From the NCBI GenBank assembly GCA_023229825.1, contig JALNYN010000007.1:2596-66595 (forward strand): a DNA stretch of 64,000 bases, given 5' to 3'. The notes below the pieces were generated by a model. It had not been told where the DNA came from. It was given only the letters and a program-made list of their open reading frames with translations, and searched no databases. This DNA is from Minisyncoccota bacterium. GTDB taxonomy: Bacteria > Patescibacteriota > Minisyncoccia > Phycocordibacterales > CAIJYI01. How positions within the stretch are numbered: the first letter of the stretch is position 1; each line of letters starts with the position of its first letter. Of this stretch, positions 59,143-64,000 are shown piece after piece. The position numbers were made by a program, and so were the translations under genes.

Positions 59143-60849
59143 ATGAAACAAAAAACACGTTACAAATATACGATTCTTTTGGTGTTTTTTCTTCTTTTTA
59201 CGCAAGCAAACGCCGAAGAAAACTTTTCCATTGACTTTTTAAATCTGGTACAGACAAATAGTATTTTTTTTGAACCGTTGAATAAAATAAAAATGAAGGA
59301 AACTTGGGGAAAAATGAATCTTACCACGCCTATTCGGTTTGTAAAAATTGGGATAATTGATTCTGGTTTGGATGCATCTGGAGAAAGGCATCCGGAATTC
59401 CGCGGAGTAGATTTGGGAAATACTCCAAACGATGCCAAAGTCGATACCGAACCATCAGATATTCCAGGCGCCACAGCAGGTCACGGGACACAAATTGCAG
59501 GCATTATCGGAGCCAACAATATATCGGCCAGTGGAGTTGATTTTTACGAACACCCTCAAATGAACGGAATTTTAAGTGGTGTAAAGAATTTAAATTATAC
59601 TTTGGAAATACGAAGGCCCACTTTTGCTTCGGTGTTCACAACAGATGCATGGTCGGTATTTGCAGAAATAAACAAACTTGAAAGCGAAGGGGTGGATATT
59701 ATAAATATAAGTAGCGGTTCTCCGTATTTGCCAGGCATTCATGATATTTGGTATATACCAACCTTTACGATGTTAAACAAAACCTTGTTCGTTGTATCCG
59801 CTGGTAATGATGACAGATCAGCAGAACTACAGATACCAGCAAATTATGGTGATAATTTTAATAATGTAATAACCGTCGGGTCAACAATTTTTGATGATAC
59901 GAGATTGAGTTACGGTAATTACGGAAGCGCGGTAAGTATTTCCGCACCGGGGTTAGGTCTTTACTCTCCATCACCGAGAGGAAAAGGTGATTATCCAACA
60001 GAGGTTCCAGGAATAAAAAATTATGATACCAATTTCTCCGGCACCTCCGCCTCCGCCCCTCTCGTCACCGGTGTCGCGGGACTTTTAAAAGCAATCAAAC
60101 CCTCGCTCACCCCCGCGCAAATCAAACAAATCCTCATTCGCACCGCCGACCCGATACAAACAGGGGAAACTGACAAGCGTCTCGGCGTGGGTTGTTATTT
60201 AAACCCAAACGACACGTTAAAAACCGGCTGTCGTTTAAACGCCTACCGCGCCGTCTGCGATTCGGAAGTCGGACTCAATTGCGCACCTTCCGTCATTGCC
60301 GTCAGCGATGCGACCACCATGGTAGGAACATCACCCGCCGTCCCCCTTTCTTTTATTCATCCGTCATGGTCCGCCGACCTCGACGGAGGACACGACCCGC
60401 TTCGAAACGACGGCACGTTCGATGGTTCAAAATGGATATGGGCAACTGACGGTCCAACTGATCCAACGGTTGCCGAAATCTTCACTTTTGAAAAAACATT
60501 TACAGTAAACAATCCCGTCTCTACTTCCACTTTGTATTTTGCCGTAGACGATAGCGCGACCGTCCGTCTAAATGGAAACAACATCCCCGTATCGTCCGGT
60601 AACAGTTACTCCGCCTCAACCGAAGGAGTATACGTTGTTCCGGCAAGTAATTTTGTTCTCGGGCAAAACGTTCTTTCTGTCACGGCGACAAATTATGCGG
60701 GCGGGTATGACCCGCAAGCAAATCCCGCCGGAATTCTTTTTAAACTCGTTGAGGGAACACCCGCGAGTGAAGCATTTTCCGCTTCGGCAAAATCATTGAT
60801 GTCGAATGTTGGCGCTCTTACTGTCAGTACCGATCTTTCCGGTGAATGA
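59143..60849 (+). CDS. Secreted S8 (subtilisin-like) serine peptidase with C-terminal beta-sandwich
   Basis: Signal peptide; IGIIDSG, GHGTQIAGII, SAGND, SGTSASAPLVTG; C-terminal KWIW...FAVDD...NPAG. Confidence 0.92.
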   Translation: MKQKTRYKYTILLVFFLLFTQANAEENFSIDFLNLVQTNSIFFEPLNKIKMKETWGKMNLTTPIRFVKIGIIDSGLDASGERHPEFRGVDLGNTPNDAKVDTEPSDIPGATAGHGTQIAGIIGANNISASGVDFYEHPQMNGILSGVKNLNYTLEIRRPTFASVFTTDAWSVFAEINKLESEGVDIINISSGSPYLPGIHDIWYIPTFTMLNKTLFVVSAGNDDRSAELQIPANYGDNFNNVITVGSTIFDDTRLSYGNYGSAVSISAPGLGLYSPSPRGKGDYPTEVPGIKNYDTNFSGTSASAPLVTGVAGLLKAIKPSLTPAQIKQILIRTADPIQTGETDKRLGVGCYLNPNDTLKTGCRLNAYRAVCDSEVGLNCAPSVIAVSDATTMVGTSPAVPLSFIHPSWSADLDGGHDPLRNDGTFDGSKWIWATDGPTDPTVAEIFTFEKTFTVNNPVSTSTLYFAVDDSATVRLNGNNIPVSSGNSYSASTEGVYVVPASNFVLGQNVLSVTATNYAGGYDPQANPAGILFKLVEGTPASEAFSASAKSLMSNVGALTVSTDLSGE

Positions 60850-60909
60850 GAAGGGAACAAAGGAATGAGGTGACCACATCTTTCAATTAGGTTCGATATT
60901 TCTAAAAGA

Positions 60910-60947
60910 TAGTACAAAAATTACCCCTATAAATAAGGGTATTTTTG
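60910..60947. repeat. Hairpin repeat preceding junction C, duplicated at 61517-61550
   Basis: TAGTACAAAAATTACCCCTATAAATAAGGGTATTTTTG vs TAGTACAAAAATACCCCTATAAAAAGGGTATTTTG. Confidence 0.85.
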
Positions 60948-60948
60948 A

Positions 60949-60996
60949 CTGTTCCGAGCCTGGGACGATGTTCGGCAAGCGATAATAGAGGAATAA
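60949..60996 (+). repeat. Cassette-junction repeat C (att-like)
   Basis: CTGTTCCG|AGCCTGGGACGATGTTCGGCAAGCGATAATAGAGGAATAA. Confidence 0.85.
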
Positions 60997-61055
60997 AAAA
61001 GAAAAAGCCGAGGGAGGGTTTACAACCTCACTCGGCAGAACAATTATGTGTCTAT

Positions 61056-61400
61056 TTAGGACAAGAAAATGATCTTGGGTTTTTTGATTTGTTCAATCTC
61101 ACTTCCAATGACTTCTGTGCCTCCGAATATCCGCTTTATTCGTTTGTTAAGTTGCTTTAGAGATATCTGATTGATTAGAGTGGTAACCGGAAGCCCGGCC
61201 CATTCTTTTGGAATTTTGGCCGCGTTGTTCTGGGTCAATACACCAAGTCCCACGATCTCCGTCTTGACTAATCCAATGGCGATATATGAAATTCCTGACC
61301 CTTCAAGATATTCTTTCAGATGGTCGCGGTCTTTCAAAAGTTCTTCTATTGTTTTCGGTAGAAGATTTGTTGTTTCGTTCTCTTTTTCTATGTTATTCAT
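61056..61400 (-). CDS. Hypothetical protein
   Basis: AAGGAG RBS; 114 aa; hairpin at ~61002-61036 downstream. Confidence 0.65.
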   Translation of the reverse strand: MNNIEKENETTNLLPKTIEELLKDRDHLKEYLEGSGISYIAIGLVKTEIVGLGVLTQNNAAKIPKEWAGLPVTTLINQISLKQLNKRIKRIFGGTEVIGSEIEQIKKPKIIFLS

Positions 61401-61552
61401 TCTATTTTTCTCCTTTCAAAGTCTATGGTGCAAATATTTTTTTATAGGCACTCCACACTTGTTTATATCATTAAATATAAAGTAAGTCAAGTTGCGCTCC
61501 GAGCTTCGCAAAAGGTAGTACAAAAATACCCCTATAAAAAGGGTATTTTGTT

Positions 61553-61569
61553 TGGCTCCGCAGGTAGGA
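61553..61569 (-). repeat. Degenerate direct copy of the tRNA-Asn 3' end (att-like fragment)
   Basis: Minus strand TCCTACCTGCGGAGCCA vs tRNA TCCTACCCGCGGAGCAA. Confidence 0.8.
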
Positions 61570-61738
61570 ATTTCTCTCCTTACTGGAGCAGTACACCTTT
61601 CCGATTTGTTCGGATTGCTATCCTCACAAATAGCGGAGAAGGTTTTCGAATCCTACCGCGCGAGACAAGCAGTTGTCTCGCTCGCGGAGCAATACAAAAA
61701 AGACACTTTATATAAAGTGTCTTTTTTGTATTGCTCCG
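61566..61738. other. Structured non-coding element, copy 2 (tRNA 3' trailer)
   Basis: Contains TTCGAATCCTACC[hairpin]CGCGGAGCAATACAAAAAAGACACTTTA, an inverted copy of the tRNA 3' end and trailer. Confidence 0.75.
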
Positions 61739-61771
61739 CGGGTAGGATTCGAACCTACGACCAATCGGTTA

Positions 61772-62359
61772 CACTTGTCCTTGTGTTACCACTAGGGGTG
61801 GACTATATCATCTCCTTGTTTGTCTTGCGACAAGTTTAGGAGTGGGGCGCTTCGGGCTGAAATGTTTTTTAAAATATTCCAGGCCTACTCCCTTGCGGGA
61901 TAGTCTCTGAACCTTTCCTGCTTCGCTAAAGCTTCACAGGACTTGGCTGCTGATTGCCCCTCAATTACTCTCGGGGTTTCCAGCAATTCACCTCATTTTT
62001 CAACCTAAGTTTCCTTAGGAAGCTGCGTGAGACCATCGTGCACTTCCATGTGACAGTTTGCGCACAAGAGAACGCATTTCGCGATCTCCTTTTGAATTTT
62101 TTCCCACGATTTCGTGAGCCCTCTAGCCGACAACCCAAAATCTTTTTTCTTTGGATCTCGGTGATGAAAACTCAATGCCCGAGGGCATTTATCGTAACCG
62201 CAGATTGCACACTTATCACCTTTATATTTGCGTGCCATTTCTCGAAGCTTTTTACGGCGTTCAGAAACAGCCTTTTTCAAATACTCTGCACGATCGGCAT
62301 AAGTTCTTGTTTCTGGCATATACATCGTAGTATACCATAGAAAAACTTATTACGTGTCC
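61772..62359 (-). ncRNA. Group I self-splicing intron at anticodon position 35/36
   Basis: Exon ends in U and intron ends in G; P AATTGCTGGAAA (61977-61988), Q AATCAGCAGCC (61945-61955), R GTTCAGAGACTA (61901-61912), S AGATGATATAGTCC (61800-61813); IGS GCAGC (62022-62026) pairs with exon GCTGT via a G.U wobble. Confidence 0.93.
62005..62325 (-). CDS. Intron-encoded HNH (homing) endonuclease
   Basis: CAICGY, LSFHHRDP, KCVLLCANCHMEVH; extended -10 TGGTATACT just upstream, inside the intron. Confidence 0.88.
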   Translation of the reverse strand: MYMPETRTYADRAEYLKKAVSERRKKLREMARKYKGDKCAICGYDKCPRALSFHHRDPKKKDFGLSARGLTKSWEKIQKEIAKCVLLCANCHMEVHDGLTQLPKET

Positions 62360-62518
62360 ACAGCCGATTGCTCTACCGCTGAGCTACCGCGGAATGTTGT
62401 GTAGCTCTTTGTGCTTTTTGGCACTTTTTGATAATAGCAAAAAAACTCCCGAAATGCAACGAACTGGAGGGATATGTTTTATTGTATTCTTTGCGGGTCA
62501 TTTGATATAATATGGGGC

Positions 62519-63316
62519 ATGAACGAACAATTTTTTCCTCCTGTCGAAAACGAACGGCCCGAAAACGGTTTGGGGGCGGAGTTGAATACGCTGAAGTCCG
62601 AACATTTGAACGAGGGTGTTCGCCCGATAATTGCCGGGGTGGGAACGTTAAGCGAGTTTTATCAGGAAGAAGACAGTATTGTCAGAAAAATATTTAAAGG
62701 TCCGGAGAACGATACAACACTCGACGATGTTAATTATTTTGACAGCCCCGAAAATCTGACCAACAGGAATTACAAAAATCCCAGCGAGGACTCTTACGTT
62801 ATTTCACCCGTAAACGACAAAGATAAAATATCGCGGTCATACAGAGATTGCACAGGAATAGCGGTTTCGGGCGTGGATAAAGAAACGGGAAAGAATATTT
62901 CTTTTTTAAGCCACCAGGATCCGAAGTATTTTTTGTCGGAGCAAAATACTGATGCGTTTTTTAAAGATCTCGAAGGGCAGATAGCTGAATTGAAAAAACA
63001 ATGCCTCCCCGGAACGATAGACGCCGTCATATTTGGGGGCAACTACTACGTTGGCAGAAAGGGCGGCAAGTTCAGTAAAAATTATATTGGATCGATCAAC
63101 ATTCTTTCGACAAAAATTTCTCCGCTTCTCGGATTTACTCCCGCCGTTATAACCGGACCAAAGACCGGAGACGGCGGTGAGAGCATTTATTTTGATAATG
63201 AAAATCGCCGGCTGTATATTGTCCGGCTAAGAGTGGGAGATTCTGGTACGGAAAGCTACATGCCGGCCGACATTAAGGATCAAGAAGCGAAATGGAAAAA
63301 AGACGCCGAGTGGTAG
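62519..63316 (+). CDS. Hypothetical protein
   Basis: Leaderless TATAAT 7 nt upstream; DCTG...SFLSHQDP...DAVIFGG motif is loosely CheD/deamidase-like. Confidence 0.7.
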   Translation: MNEQFFPPVENERPENGLGAELNTLKSEHLNEGVRPIIAGVGTLSEFYQEEDSIVRKIFKGPENDTTLDDVNYFDSPENLTNRNYKNPSEDSYVISPVNDKDKISRSYRDCTGIAVSGVDKETGKNISFLSHQDPKYFLSEQNTDAFFKDLEGQIAELKKQCLPGTIDAVIFGGNYYVGRKGGKFSKNYIGSINILSTKISPLLGFTPAVITGPKTGDGGESIYFDNENRRLYIVRLRVGDSGTESYMPADIKDQEAKWKKDAEW

Positions 63317-63334
63317 AAAAAGGGATGCCCGACT

Positions 63335-64000
63335 TTAAATATCGTCCCCATATACTCCGCGCAACAGATCAAGATCTTTTCCGCTGGTTTTGAGAAGATG
63401 ATTATTTTTCTTTTCAAAAGATCGAAGCGCTTCCGTTCCTCGCGGATCGTCGAGTAATTTTTCGTACAGATTTGCGAAGGCGGCGAAGTCTTTGATGAAA
63501 CAGTGTCCGCCCGCGCCGCGGCCGCTTTTGTGGACCGGGTCAAGGTGGGAATCTCCGATCCTTGGGTCCGCTTTCATTGCATCGCGCACGGTTTCGTATT
63601 TCACATTCGGAATTTGCTGCGAGAGATCGTGGAGCATATTCACGAAAACGACTTTCACATACAGCCAGCAATTGCCTCCGTATTTTACCAGTTCGGCTTC
63701 CTCGGCGGTGCACACCTTTTCAAACGGCGCTTTCGGCATCACACTGAGCGCTTTTTCCGCAGCCGTCCGATATTTTTTATTATCGACCGGAATGCCGACG
63801 ATGTTGCGGTCGGGATTCGCCGTGTCGAACTTTGCGGAAACTTCGCGCAGGAATTCCGGGGAGTGCATTAATATAATATCCGGAAACTTTTTTTGCAGCT
63901 TTGCGGTCGTGCCCGGAAGGAGTGTGGATTTCAAAACGACAATTTTTCCCTTCCCGACGAGCGGAAGAACTTTGCGCAAAATGGAGTCGTCAAACCCTTT
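63335..64000 (-). CDS. UDP-glucose/GDP-mannose dehydrogenase family protein (5' part outside the window)
   Basis: KSTLLPGTT, SPEFLRE, AELVKY, DPRIG, GAGGHCFIKD. Confidence 0.88.
   Translation of the reverse strand, partial: KGFDDSILRKVLPLVGKGKIVVLKSTLLPGTTAKLQKKFPDIILMHSPEFLREVSAKFDTANPDRNIVGIPVDNKKYRTAAEKALSVMPKAPFEKVCTAEEAELVKYGGNCWLYVKVVFVNMLHDLSQQIPNVKYETVRDAMKADPRIGDSHLDPVHKSGRGAGGHCFIKDFAAFANLYEKLLDDPRGTEALRSFEKKNNHLLKTSGKDLDLLRGVYGDDI

Larger units (their letters stand above)
61734..62393 (-). tRNA. tRNA-Asn(GTT), intron-split (5' exon 62393-62360, 3' exon 61771-61734)
   Basis: Joined exons TCCGCGGTAGCTCAGCGGTAGAGCAATCGGCTGT + TAACCGATTGGTCGTAGGTTCGAATCCTACCCGCGGAG form a canonical cloverleaf with anticodon GTT; CCA is not encoded. 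Confidence 0.95.

Noticed and set aside
56189-60996. Junction repeats as a CRISPR array or classical integron attC sites
   Set aside because: Spacing is kilobases, there are no RYYYAAC...GTTRRRY ends and there is no intI. Treated instead as tRNA-linked att-like sites.
61495-61506. A fourth junction repeat (GCTCCGAGCTT)
   Set aside because: It matches the core and 5 nt of the arm only and lacks GGGACGAT. It could be a decayed site or chance.
1-64000. Alternative genetic code (UGA=Gly) or a diversity-generating retroelement
   Set aside because: Conserved genes are full length in code 11 and several end properly at TGA. No reverse transcriptase or adenine-specific TR/VR pair was seen.
63335-64000. 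Pseudogene call for the UDP-glucose dehydrogenase lacking a C-terminal domain
   Set aside because: The ORF ends cleanly next to a convergent gene with catalytic motifs intact. There is no frameshift evidence, and the 5' part is outside the window.

Overview
A 64-kb bacterial chromosomal window in genetic code 11. It is most likely from a Patescibacteria/CPR (Parcubacteria-like) genome. That assignment is inferred from leaderless genes, CPR-style palindromic repeats and a tRNA-Asn intron at position 35/36; no marker gene is present. Contents: glmS, rfbA/rfbB, a MASE3-type histidine kinase, a DtxR-FTR1 metal-uptake pair, a complete narK + narGHJI respiratory nitrate reductase locus, large secreted multidomain proteins, a two-component cluster, pntAB, a RAYT (HUH) transposase with terminal inverted repeats, and a MITE family. 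Two features stand out at the right end. (1) A minus-strand tRNA-Asn(GTT) is split inside its anticodon by a group I intron that carries an HNH ORF in the P1 loop. (2) Directly downstream of the tRNA is an apparently integrase-free tandem array of gene cassettes. Its junction repeats share a core with the tRNA 3' end, and their other arm reads as a conserved peptide, (L/F)RAWDDVRQAIIEE, with only synonymous differences between the two best copies. A covarying structured element containing an inverted copy of the tRNA 3' end occurs twice in this array. All protein calls are from motif recognition only; no database searches were run.
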